Assembly: GCA_050123235.1 (NCBI GenBank)
Contig: JASFHL010000001.1
Location: 20,651-84,650 of the forward strand
Reading direction: 5' to 3'
Source: Candidatus Woesebacteria bacterium
GTDB lineage: Bacteria; Patescibacteriota; Microgenomatia; UBA1400; PJMF01
Length of the DNA stretch: 64,000 nt
Part shown: positions 38,540-47,078 of the stretch, in pieces
Layout: each line of letters begins with the position of its first letter
How positions within the stretch are numbered: position 1 is the first letter of the stretch
Notes under the pieces: generated by a model
Told to the model about the DNA's origin: nothing
Databases searched by the model: none
Seen by the model: the letters and a program-made list of their open reading frames with translations, nothing else
Made by a program: the position numbers and the translations under genes

Positions 38540-39022
38540 ATGTCAAAACATCGTCATACCGTAGTTCCTAGAACTTTATGCTTTGTCTTTCACCAAGACG
38601 AGCTTTTATTAATTAAAGCCAATGCTAGCAAAGATTGGGAAGGATTTTACAATGCCTTGGGAGGGCATATTGAGAAGGGGGAAGATATTATTGATAATGC
38701 AGTTAGAGAAATTAAAGAAGAGTCAGGGTTAGATGTGACTGAAACTAAATTGAAGGGTATTGTGCACGCAAGTAATTTTTTTGGCAAAGATATCATGATG
38801 TTTGTTACTACTAGCAAGGCTAGCACCAAAACTCTTGATGAAATTGAAACTCGTGAAGGAAATCTGGAATGGGTGAGAGTATCAGAACTAGATAAATTAA
38901 AAATTTTTGATGATATTAAACCTATTTTGAGCAAAATTCTAAAAAATGATTCGGATGAGGTCTTTACAGCTGCGAGCGAATTTGATGGTAAAGATGGCTT
39001 GCTAAAGATATCATTTTCTTGA
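38540..39022 (+). CDS. Nudix hydrolase (MutT-like)
   Basis: Nudix box GGHIEKGEDIIDNAVREIKEESGL. Confidence 0.93.
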   Translation: MSKHRHTVVPRTLCFVFHQDELLLIKANASKDWEGFYNALGGHIEKGEDIIDNAVREIKEESGLDVTETKLKGIVHASNFFGKDIMMFVTTSKASTKTLDEIETREGNLEWVRVSELDKLKIFDDIKPILSKILKNDSDEVFTAASEFDGKDGLLKISFS

Positions 39023-39194
39023 TTTTAATAATTAATGAATCAAAGTAGATAAATCACTATAGTGATGATGCCTTCTTTATAAAGGAGGTGGATTTTTTGA
39101 TTCAGAATATTTTTTCTTACCCCTTAGCGACTTTTTATTTCGTCTGGTAAAATACTTCAGTAAGTGAATTTTAATATTTACTACAGATAGTCAC

Positions 39195-39268
39195 GCCAAT
39201 GTAGCTCAGCTGGTCAGAGCAACGGTTTTGTAAACCGTAGGTCGTGGGTTCGAGTCCCACCATTGGCT
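39195..39268 (+). tRNA. tRNA-Thr(TGT)
   Basis: GCCAATG/CATTGGC acceptor, acggt-ttTGTaa-accgt, GGTTCGAGTCC. Confidence 0.96.
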
Positions 39269-39272
39269 CATC

Positions 39273-41180
39273 ATGATGAACATTACTAACACTATTCAGA
39301 ATTTAATCCAGCAGGCTCTGACAGAGTTAGGTTTTACAGTGGAGCAGAGTGAGATCACGCTTGAGCATCCAGCTGACCTTAAATTTGGTGATTATAGCTC
39401 TAATGTGGCGATGGTAAATTACAACCGGTGGGTCCAACAGCTTTCTAATAAAAAAATGCAGTGGCTGGACCGTAATAAGACAAATTCAGATCAGTATAAC
39501 GGTCCCAGAGCCTTAGCCCAAGCTATTGCTGATAAAATCCAGGCGCAACTTGCCAAAGATAAGAAAACAATGATAGCAGAAGTATCTGTAGCAGGGCCCG
39601 GCTTCATTAATTTCAAACTTAGTGACAGTTTTTTCCTGGCTGCCATGCAGCAGCTTATTAAACAAAAGGCAGATCTAATTCCTCTATTGAACAAAAATAA
39701 ACGAGTGATGGTGGAATTTACTGATCCAAATCCTTTCAAAGAGTTTCATATTGGTCATTTATATAGCAATATTGTGGGAGAGTCTTTAGCTAGATTATTT
39801 GAAATCACAGGGGCTAAAGTAAAAAGAGTTTGTTATCAAGGTGATGTGGGTATGCATGTAGCTAAGTCAGTTTGGGGAATGTTGAAAAAAATGGATCAAG
39901 CAAAGTTGGAGCTTCAGGATCTGGAAAAATGGCCGCTTAATAAGAGAGTGAATTTTTTGGGTCAAAGCTATGCACTAGGTGCTAATGAATACAAAGGAGA
40001 TGAAAAGACCCAAGAAAGAATAAAGAATCTAAACTACTTAATATATATCTGTGGTCAAGAGAATTTAGAAGAATTAAATAACTGGCAAGCACAAGTTGAT
40101 TACAAGCAATATCTCAAAGAGAGTGGTTTTGATTACCAAGAAGTTAAGCGTGTCTACCAAGTAGGCAGAGCTTGGAGCCTGGAATACTTTGAGAGTATTT
40201 ACCAGAGATTGGGTACTAAGTTTGATGACTACTTTTTTGAGAGCTTGGTGGGAGAGTTAGGAATTAAAGTAGTTCGCGAAAATATCAAAAATAAAATTTT
40301 TCAAAAAAGCAAAGGCGCTATTATTTTTCCAGGAGAAAAATATGCTTTACATAATCGAGTGTTTATCAACTCATTGGGCTTACCTACTTATGAGGCCAAA
40401 GAATTGGGCTTAGCTATAGAGAAGAATAAAAGGTGGCCCTATGATTTATCTATTCCTGTTACTGGTAATGAAATTGATGAATATTTCAAAGTTTTATTAA
40501 CTGCCTTAAGGCAAGTGAAACCAGAGCTGGCCAAAAAAACTGTTCACATCTCTCACGGCATGGTTAGACTACCAGAGGGTAAAATGTCTAGTAGGACTGG
40601 CAAGGTTCTAACTGGTGAATGGATGCTGGATAAAGCAAAGGATTTGGTGAAAAAAATTCTTGATGAAACAAGGACAGAAGTCCCAAGTGCTGAAAAAGAA
40701 GATGTGGCAGAGAAGGTGGGCCAGGCAGCTATCAAGTTTGCTTTACTTTCAACAGATTTGGGTAGAAACATTGCTTTTGCTTTTGATACTTCTTTAAAGT
40801 TTAGTGGCTTTTCCGGTCCTTACCTGCAATATACTTATGCCAGGTGTCAAAGTGTTTTGAGAAATGCTAAGTTAAAATCAGAGACAAAACTAGCTTCTAA
40901 GTTTAGTGATATTAAGCAAGAAGAAAAAGCTTTGCTAAGAGTGATCTATCAGTTTCCTGAGGTGGTATTAAAGGCAGCTAGCAACTTTATTCCTCATCAT
41001 CTTGCTACTTACCTTTTTGAATTAGCTCAATCTTATAGCAGTTTTTATAGTAAACATCAGATCATTAAAGCAACCACTCAAGAACAAAAGCTCTTTAGAC
41101 TGCAATTGACTCAGGCAACAGCTTTGATTTTGAAAAAAGGTTTGGGTTTATTGGGTATCCAAGTAGTAGAGAGGATGTAA
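39273..41180 (+). CDS. argS: Arginine--tRNA ligase
   Basis: FGDYSSN, AGPGFINF, PNPFKEFHIGH (HIGH), KMSSRTG, GPYLQYTYAR, ERM C-terminus. Confidence 0.98.
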   Translation: MMNITNTIQNLIQQALTELGFTVEQSEITLEHPADLKFGDYSSNVAMVNYNRWVQQLSNKKMQWLDRNKTNSDQYNGPRALAQAIADKIQAQLAKDKKTMIAEVSVAGPGFINFKLSDSFFLAAMQQLIKQKADLIPLLNKNKRVMVEFTDPNPFKEFHIGHLYSNIVGESLARLFEITGAKVKRVCYQGDVGMHVAKSVWGMLKKMDQAKLELQDLEKWPLNKRVNFLGQSYALGANEYKGDEKTQERIKNLNYLIYICGQENLEELNNWQAQVDYKQYLKESGFDYQEVKRVYQVGRAWSLEYFESIYQRLGTKFDDYFFESLVGELGIKVVRENIKNKIFQKSKGAIIFPGEKYALHNRVFINSLGLPTYEAKELGLAIEKNKRWPYDLSIPVTGNEIDEYFKVLLTALRQVKPELAKKTVHISHGMVRLPEGKMSSRTGKVLTGEWMLDKAKDLVKKILDETRTEVPSAEKEDVAEKVGQAAIKFALLSTDLGRNIAFAFDTSLKFSGFSGPYLQYTYARCQSVLRNAKLKSETKLASKFSDIKQEEKALLRVIYQFPEVVLKAASNFIPHHLATYLFELAQSYSSFYSKHQIIKATTQEQKLFRLQLTQATALILKKGLGLLGIQVVERM

Positions 41181-41182
41181 AG

Positions 41183-41256
41183 ATATTGACTGCAAATAAA
41201 TCTTAGACCGTTAAAGCGATGTCTGGTTAGGATTGCATTAGCAGTCAATATTTTTT
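41183..41256 (+). terminator. Long hairpin directly after argS (terminator-like)
   Basis: atattgactgc 41183-41193 / gcagtcaatat 41241-41251, inner aatctta/taggatt, followed by a T-run. Confidence 0.5.
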
Positions 41257-41344
41257 AGATTTCTACACTGGATCAGGAATTTAACAATTTTTATGATAAA
41301 ATATCTCTCTTGAGTAAAAAATTTTAAAAGAATAAGGAAAAATC

Positions 41345-41551
41345 ATGGCAAAAAAGAAAAAAGGACCAAGACAAGCTGCAGGTTTGAAATGTACTGTTTG
41401 TGGCAATTTTAATTACATTACTGAATTTAATAAAAATAATGAGCAATTGAAAAAGCAAACCACAGGTGAAAGTACTTTTCCTCTTAAAAAGTACTGCAAT
41501 AAAGTTTGTAAAAAACGCACAAAACATGTGCTGGCTAAAAAACTCAAATAA
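41345..41551 (+). CDS. rpmG: 50S ribosomal protein L33 (Zn-binding type)
   Basis: LKCTVCGNFNYIT...LKKYCNKVCKKRTKH. Confidence 0.92.
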   Translation: MAKKKKGPRQAAGLKCTVCGNFNYITEFNKNNEQLKKQTTGESTFPLKKYCNKVCKKRTKHVLAKKLK

Positions 41552-41605
41552 ATTTTAAGCTCAGTTTTTAAATATCTCCTTAGCGGTCTTTAAAGCGACA
41601 GAGCT

Positions 41606-43042
41606 TTACTTAGAACTTTTTACCGCTTTCAAAATGTTACGAGCACCCTTGAGAAAAAGAGGATCAATTCTCACCGCATTCAGCATAGCTTTTTCTACCC
41701 ATGATTGGGCTCGGCCCCTAGTTTGAGTAATCTCATCTAGTTGTTCTATAATGTTTTTGACATTAGCTTTTTGGCTAATTTCTTTTTGTTCAAAAATTTT
41801 TCTAATATTATGTTCCCATTCACCCCATTCTTTTAGTGTCAAAAGAAAACTCCCACTAGCTACAGCATCATAAGCCATATCACCAGAAGGTTTAGTAATA
41901 AAGCCATCAGCCCAAGGAAAGGCAAACTTGATCAACAATTCATTGGCATCAACAATTTGAGGATGATAAAGTAGGGTTAAGAAGGCTTGTTCTTGATCAA
42001 TTAGCAGTTTTTTTTGAGGGCAGGCTTTTTTTTCGTCCTCTTGTTTATAAGGAGCAAGGGTGCTGCTTTCTAAATCAATTAAACTAGCTTTGAGGGCAAA
42101 TGGAGCTGGATCTTTGGGTTCTGGTTGGTAAATTTCAATCTGATATTTTTTAGCAAGCTTCAATACCATCTCTTTGATATCTTTTTGGGTGCCAGCATAG
42201 ACCATTAATCGATAGTTTTTTTGCTCTTTGACGATAGGCAATAATTGTTTGAGTAGATTTTTAATTTCATATTTATTAGTGCCTAAACCGCCAGTAGTAA
42301 TACAGAGTTTAAGTACGCCGCAGCGCCAAGCATGCTTATTTTTTCTGGTTTTGAGTATGCGAGGATCAATGGGTGAACCAGTAACAATTACCTGATTTTG
42401 TTTAACTTTTTTACCCATTTTTTCAGCTTTTTCAAAAAACTCTTTTTTAGTATCTTGATCAAAAACAGCAAACTTCATATTAGGTCGATCTGCATTAACA
42501 AGATAATCTTCTCGTACATGGGGATCAGTAATGACTTGAATAACTTCTTTACCAAGGCTAGCTAAAATATTACCAGCAGCAATGTGAAAGGAAAGAATTG
42601 GTTTCTTGATATTTTCGCTTAAATAAAGTAGAGGAGGAGTAATGCTTTTTAAGATTGGAAGTTTTTGCCTAGCAAATTTATCAACTAAATCTTTAATTTT
42701 TTTCAAAAAGGAATAGCGAGCTAAGGTTTTACCGATTGCCTCAGTTAATTGAATATTGTGTAAATCTGCTTGGCAAACATAATTTGTAGGATCAACCACC
42801 CAGGCTTTTTTGGGATCGATGTGCTTGCCCCATTGCTTGACAGCAACCCCTAGAGCCATTGAGTAATGAGCCCTAGAAAAAACAATATCAGGGATAGTGT
42901 CAACTTCTGGTAAACCATGGAGACCCTTGAGATCTTCTTTGTAGGTAGCTGAGACAGTGATGATGGGCAGTTCTGTCTTCTCTAAATAACGTTTATCTTG
43001 ACGGAAAGTTTTTCTAAGTTGCGGATCAAAAAGTTTGCGCAT
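41606..43042 (-). CDS. Putative GT-B glycosyltransferase (MGDG synthase/UgtP-like)
   Basis: VITDPH, VTGSPID, TTGGLG, ADGFITKPSGD, GEWEHN. Confidence 0.6.
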   Translation of the reverse strand: MRKLFDPQLRKTFRQDKRYLEKTELPIITVSATYKEDLKGLHGLPEVDTIPDIVFSRAHYSMALGVAVKQWGKHIDPKKAWVVDPTNYVCQADLHNIQLTEAIGKTLARYSFLKKIKDLVDKFARQKLPILKSITPPLLYLSENIKKPILSFHIAAGNILASLGKEVIQVITDPHVREDYLVNADRPNMKFAVFDQDTKKEFFEKAEKMGKKVKQNQVIVTGSPIDPRILKTRKNKHAWRCGVLKLCITTGGLGTNKYEIKNLLKQLLPIVKEQKNYRLMVYAGTQKDIKEMVLKLAKKYQIEIYQPEPKDPAPFALKASLIDLESSTLAPYKQEDEKKACPQKKLLIDQEQAFLTLLYHPQIVDANELLIKFAFPWADGFITKPSGDMAYDAVASGSFLLTLKEWGEWEHNIRKIFEQKEISQKANVKNIIEQLDEITQTRGRAQSWVEKAMLNAVRIDPLFLKGARNILKAVKSSK

Positions 43043-43233
43043 AAATCTATGCTAGAGATTTTGCATTTATAGGTCTAGTGGGAATTTTTAGAAGCTGGAA
43101 TTTAGGAGAGCTAATGGCCTGTTTCATAAGTAAATTACGCTCTTTATTACTACTTTTTTATTCGGGTAAAATCAAGCTTTATGATAAAATTAATAATAAA
43201 TTAAAACTTTTAACTTAAAATTAGTGAAAATAA

Positions 43234-43306
43234 AGGGCTGTGATGTTAATGGCTAGCATGGTGGTCTCCAAAACCACTCGTGGGGGTTCGAATCCCTCCA
43301 GCCCTG
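43234..43306 (+). tRNA. tRNA-Trp(CCA)
   Basis: AGGGCTG/CAGCCCT acceptor, gtggt-ctCCAaa-accac, GGTTCGAATCC. Confidence 0.96.
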
Positions 43307-43310
43307 CAAA

Positions 43311-43340
43311 TTAAAAAGAGCTATGTATGGCTCTTTTTAA
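43311..43340 (+). terminator. Bidirectional terminator after tRNA-Trp
   Basis: ttaaaaagagctat-gt-atggctctttttaa. Confidence 0.8.
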
Positions 43341-43381
43341 TAAACTAATGTCTCTTGCATCATTACTGTTATAATTAATTT

Positions 43382-44641
43382 ATGAATGGAAAAGAAGTAG
43401 ATAGATGTGGTTTGTTGCACTTGGGCAAAGAACAACAAAAAAAAATTTTATTTTCATTACTTCATCAAAAAGAAGATTTAACTAGATTAATTCCAAGAAA
43501 AGAGGCTTTATGTATAGGAGAACATTTAGAAGCAGCAGGTTTAGTTGCTAACAAATGGAGTATCTGGAATGCTTTCTCGGTTTTATTTAAACCACTTGCT
43601 CCGAATAGTTCAGTTGCTGAGGTAAATTGTAATTTGATTGATCAAGAATATAAATTGGGAGGACTTATAGATAGTAATTTACCGTTAAGAGCTTTAACTC
43701 ATGTTTTAAGAAATTATTTTGTTGCTGGTTTTAGAAAAGAAATGGAAAACAGAAGTTTTTCTAACTTAGCTCAGCCAAATTTAGTTTCATATGTTACTAA
43801 TAGAATCGATCGTTCTCCTATGGATCCAGAAAATGCAGTTTTATCTATATCAAGCTTTGTTCCTCCTACTTATGGAGTATTTAATGTAGGAGTAGGAGCT
43901 ATATTTTATAGACAAAGTCAGTCTGGTAATCCTGAAATTTTAGTTGGTGAAAGAAGGAAAAGAGAAGGCAAATGGAGCCCAAATGGTTTGGTGATTCCTT
44001 CGGAAACGATGAATATTGTTTGTCCTAATTTAACTTATTTGCAAGATTATAATTTTTCTTCAGAAGAAACAATTGGTTTAGAGAATTGGTCTTGGGATTT
44101 ATTAGGCTGCATGTATGACTTAGCAGAGTTACCTGCTGAAGTTTTCTTGAAGAGACAATTAATGAGTATGTTATTTGCTGGTGAGGTTATGTCCTCACAG
44201 TGGAATAGAGCTTATACTCTTCAGGGTTTCTTACATACTTTAGTTCGAATGATGATAGAAGAATTAGTGGGTTTTTCTATACCGTCAAAAAGTCAGGCAA
44301 TACAAGAGTCAGACATCAAAAGTTTGCGGGAAAGTTATCTTACTCTACGTCAAGTATTTACAGAATCTAGTCACAGATTAAGTAATTATATTGCTGAAAA
44401 ATCGAGTTTATTGACTATGTATCTTGATATTTCATCTGGGGTGCCTTGGCTTGTACCCATAATTGCTTTACCAGTAAATGATGTACTAGGAACAGAGTTA
44501 GGTGCTTTAGTTTTAAATTCAGGACAATGGCACAAAGAATTTGATGGCGAAGCACGGTGGGTAGCTTGTGATAGTGAAGAATTAGTCGCTGAAGGGCCTA
44601 GATTTGCAGCGAGAAAACTTTTGGAGAAGGAATCTATTTAA
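43382..44641 (+). CDS. Hypothetical protein with a possibly interrupted Nudix-like fold (cassette 1)
   Basis: VGVGAIFY...EILVGERR...GLVIPSET and later LVRMMIEEL; leaderless (TGnTATAAT 6 nt before ATG). Confidence 0.6.
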   Translation: MNGKEVDRCGLLHLGKEQQKKILFSLLHQKEDLTRLIPRKEALCIGEHLEAAGLVANKWSIWNAFSVLFKPLAPNSSVAEVNCNLIDQEYKLGGLIDSNLPLRALTHVLRNYFVAGFRKEMENRSFSNLAQPNLVSYVTNRIDRSPMDPENAVLSISSFVPPTYGVFNVGVGAIFYRQSQSGNPEILVGERRKREGKWSPNGLVIPSETMNIVCPNLTYLQDYNFSSEETIGLENWSWDLLGCMYDLAELPAEVFLKRQLMSMLFAGEVMSSQWNRAYTLQGFLHTLVRMMIEELVGFSIPSKSQAIQESDIKSLRESYLTLRQVFTESSHRLSNYIAEKSSLLTMYLDISSGVPWLVPIIALPVNDVLGTELGALVLNSGQWHKEFDGEARWVACDSEELVAEGPRFAARKLLEKESI

Positions 44642-44671
44642 TGCATAATTTTGCTTGGAGATAAATACAAA

Positions 44672-44699
44672 TAGGCTCCAACATCCTTCGTTAGTCCTT
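44672..44699 (+). repeat. Degenerate copy of the tRNA-Trp-derived repeat
   Basis: taggctccaacatccttcgttagtcctt, 21/28 identical to the copy at 46194. Confidence 0.55.
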
Positions 44700-44730
44700 T
44701 ATAAATAGTGTTTGCATTTTTTATTAAAAT

Positions 44731-44806
44731 TCCACTCGAGGTAGGTTCGAACATCGTCCACTAAGCCCTGTAGATGATAAAAAGAGCCATGCATGGCTCT
44801 TTTTTT
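44731..44806 (+). repeat. tRNA-Trp 3'-end-like repeat plus terminator copy
   Basis: tccactcgaggtaggttcgaacatcgtccactaagccctg then aaaaagagccatgcatggctcttttt, colinear with 43274-43340. Confidence 0.9.
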
Positions 44807-44827
44807 AACGCTTGAGTATGTGAGTCA

Positions 44828-45544
44828 TTAAAAATTTTTCATCCATGAAGGCATTTCATCACCTAATTGAGCTTGCATTTTTGTTCTCCACTGTTGTGTT
44901 TCTGCCTTATCTCTTGCTGCTTGTTTTGCCTCAATTGCATCGCTTCTTTTTTGTAGATCTAAATATTGTTGTCTGGTTTGTTTTACAATTGATTCTGTTC
45001 CATAAATTTCTTCATAGGCTTTATCATGATAGGTAATTCCTGTGAGTTGATATGGTTTTCCTTCTCCTGCCTGAGTTTCGATTAATTCTTTGAGTTGTTG
45101 TCTAGTTCCTATAAAAACATGATTGTGTCCCACTAAATATTGACCAATACTGGGATCAATAATAATTTCCACTTCTTCTTCATCTATCACTATTAATTGA
45201 CGTAAGAATATGTGCGGATTGTAAACATCACTGATGTCATCTACGATAGCGTTTTGGCAACGATCAATATTAATTCCCATTTCAATAAGATTTCTCTGAA
45301 GTTCTGAACTTAAAGTATCACATTTTGACCAAAGTAGATCTCTATCAATGTAGTCCGAATCGACTTGTTCTGGTATTGTTGAAAGCTGTTTTTTAAATAT
45401 AAGACTTCCATCCAAAGCTCTTTCACCTACACCTAGTTTTTCTTGAAGGGCAATTTCAACTAATTGTCTTAAAACTTCAATAGCTTTTCTGATTTTTTCA
45501 TTTCTAGATAAAATTTCAGCTGTTTGTTTTTGTTCATCTGACAC
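44828..45544 (-). CDS. Hypothetical protein with Cys-His-Asp motifs (papain/transglutaminase-like?), cassette 2
   Basis: SKCDTLS, PHIFL, IIIDPSIGQY; flanked by identical 40-bp repeats. Confidence 0.6.
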   Translation of the reverse strand: MSDEQKQTAEILSRNEKIRKAIEVLRQLVEIALQEKLGVGERALDGSLIFKKQLSTIPEQVDSDYIDRDLLWSKCDTLSSELQRNLIEMGINIDRCQNAIVDDISDVYNPHIFLRQLIVIDEEEVEIIIDPSIGQYLVGHNHVFIGTRQQLKELIETQAGEGKPYQLTGITYHDKAYEEIYGTESIVKQTRQQYLDLQKRSDAIEAKQAARDKAETQQWRTKMQAQLGDEMPSWMKNF

Positions 45545-45602
45545 TTAATCAGTCTAAGTAAAAAATGGTCAAGTTTCAAGAAGACAGTAAATTATAGAAA
45601 GC

Positions 45603-45642
45603 TCCACTCGAGGTAGGTTCGAACATCGTCCACTAAGCCCTG
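45603..45642 (+). repeat. tRNA-Trp 3'-end-like repeat
   Basis: 40/40 identical to 44731-44770. Confidence 0.92.
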
Positions 45643-45746
45643 CAGCGCATTTTTTACTCGAGCAGATATCCTATAAAAATAGAAGAGACGGAAGGAATTG
45701 GATTGAATTTTTTGCGTTTTTGTTCTCATTTATCAGCCCTTTTTAA

Positions 45747-45774
45747 TAGGTTCGAGCGTTGTTTACTTAGACTT
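45747..45774 (+). repeat. Degenerate copy of the tRNA-Trp-derived repeat
   Basis: taggttcgagcgttgtttacttagactt, 20/28 identical to the corresponding part of 45603-45642. Confidence 0.5.
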
Positions 45775-45824
45775 TTTTCGAATGGAGTTTTAAGTTTTAT
45801 GAATTAGCATGCTATAATTTTTTT

Positions 45825-46196
45825 ATGAATTCTAATTTACATTTAGGAGATGTAGTGCTTTTTAAACAAGGTCTATATGAGATCGTTCAAGTTGATGAGA
45901 AGTCAGAAACAAATAGATATAAGCTTTTGTTATTAGCTTGTATTGATTCTTCGAAACTTACTTCATTAGAAAAGTTTATCTATGTATCAGATTCAAATAC
46001 TTTGGAAATAGTTTCAGTGAATAAACCGAAATTTTTACAAGGGGATAGAGTAAAATATAAAGGAGAGTTTGCTATAGTGAGGTTTGTTATGGTCGAGGGA
46101 AGTAGATATGAATATCAAATCGGAATTCAAAGTGGTTCAAGAATTTCTAAATATGATTATATTACTTGGGTGAATGAATTTGAGTTATCAAAATAG
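45825..46196 (+). CDS. Hypothetical protein with two SH3/KOW-like beta-barrels (cassette 3)
   Basis: LHLGDVV... and KFLQGDRVKYKG...YEYQI...WVNEFEL; leaderless; stop codon is the first TAG of the next repeat. Confidence 0.65.
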   Translation: MNSNLHLGDVVLFKQGLYEIVQVDEKSETNRYKLLLLACIDSSKLTSLEKFIYVSDSNTLEIVSVNKPKFLQGDRVKYKGEFAIVRFVMVEGSRYEYQIGIQSGSRISKYDYITWVNEFELSK

Positions 46197-46246
46197 GTTC
46201 GAACATCGTCCACTAGTCCCTGCAAATGATAAAAAGAGCTATGCAC
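46194..46246 (+). repeat. tRNA-Trp 3'-end-like repeat with half terminator
   Basis: taggttcgaacatcgtccactagtccctgcaaatgataaaaagagctatgcac. Confidence 0.88.
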
Positions 46247-46287
46247 AGATTTTTTAAGAGTAGTAGTTTATTAAGTTTGAGCAATAA

Positions 46288-47043
46288 AGATCTCTAGCGA
46301 AGGGTGCTCTGGTCTCAAAGTTAATTTTGGATCGTCGTCAGATTATTGCAGCTGCAAATATGCTGGAAGTTTCTTATAAAGAGCTACAAAGTTATCTAGA
46401 TGAAATGAGTTCTGTATTTAAGAATGATTAAAGAATAGTATTAATTTTTACAGGATTTAAATTTACACAAGAAAAATTTTTAGGACCAACTAAATTAGAA
46501 ATTAATGGAGTAGTATATGGAGCCCTTGATGAGGGAGCTGGGAATTTTGTAAAAGTAGTTGGTGGAAAGAAATTTGATAGTCTTAATCAGCTATTAGCTT
46601 TGGCTCAAAGATATGGTTTAAGGGTTAGTCAGCCTGTTCGTGGTATAAGTTATGATATAGACGGCCAGGCCAGTGTTGATTTATGGGATACAGAAAACAA
46701 TAAAATTGTTGTTTCTTTTCTTTTAGAAGCAGTCAGCTTCAGGCCAAAGATATCCGAAAGCAGGAGAACTGCTTCCCTGAAAGTTGATTCCATGCATCAC
46801 GGCCCAAGTGTTGATGGCAAGGTTGCCCAATTTATTTTTAACATTTTGAGCAAAAATAAATTTGACAGTTTAGCAGCTTTGCAAGCAGCAGTGCACGGAT
46901 TGTATGATGGGTACAGAATAGTTAAAGAAAGGCTATATATTGGGCATCTGGTAAAGGTTCAGCCAAATCGATTTAAAGCCACGATATATAATCAGGATGA
47001 TCAAGTAGTAATGATGTTGATTATTATTGAGTTTGATAAATAA
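46288..47043 (+). pseudogene. Decayed hypothetical gene (cassette 4)
   Basis: Frame of ORF 46600-47043 stays open back to an in-frame TAA at 46429 and reads protein-like again back to TAA 46285; no good start. Confidence 0.5.
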
Positions 47044-47078
47044 TAAATTAAATAGCAATTACAGCATGAAAGGAAAAT

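Noticed and set aside
44731-44770. Repeats as additional tRNA genes
   Set aside because: No 5' half, D-arm or anticodon loop, and the T-stem pairing is broken
44672-46246. Repeats as a CRISPR array
   Set aside because: Intervals are irregular and up to ~830 bp with whole genes, the repeat derives from a tRNA 3' end, and no cas genes are present
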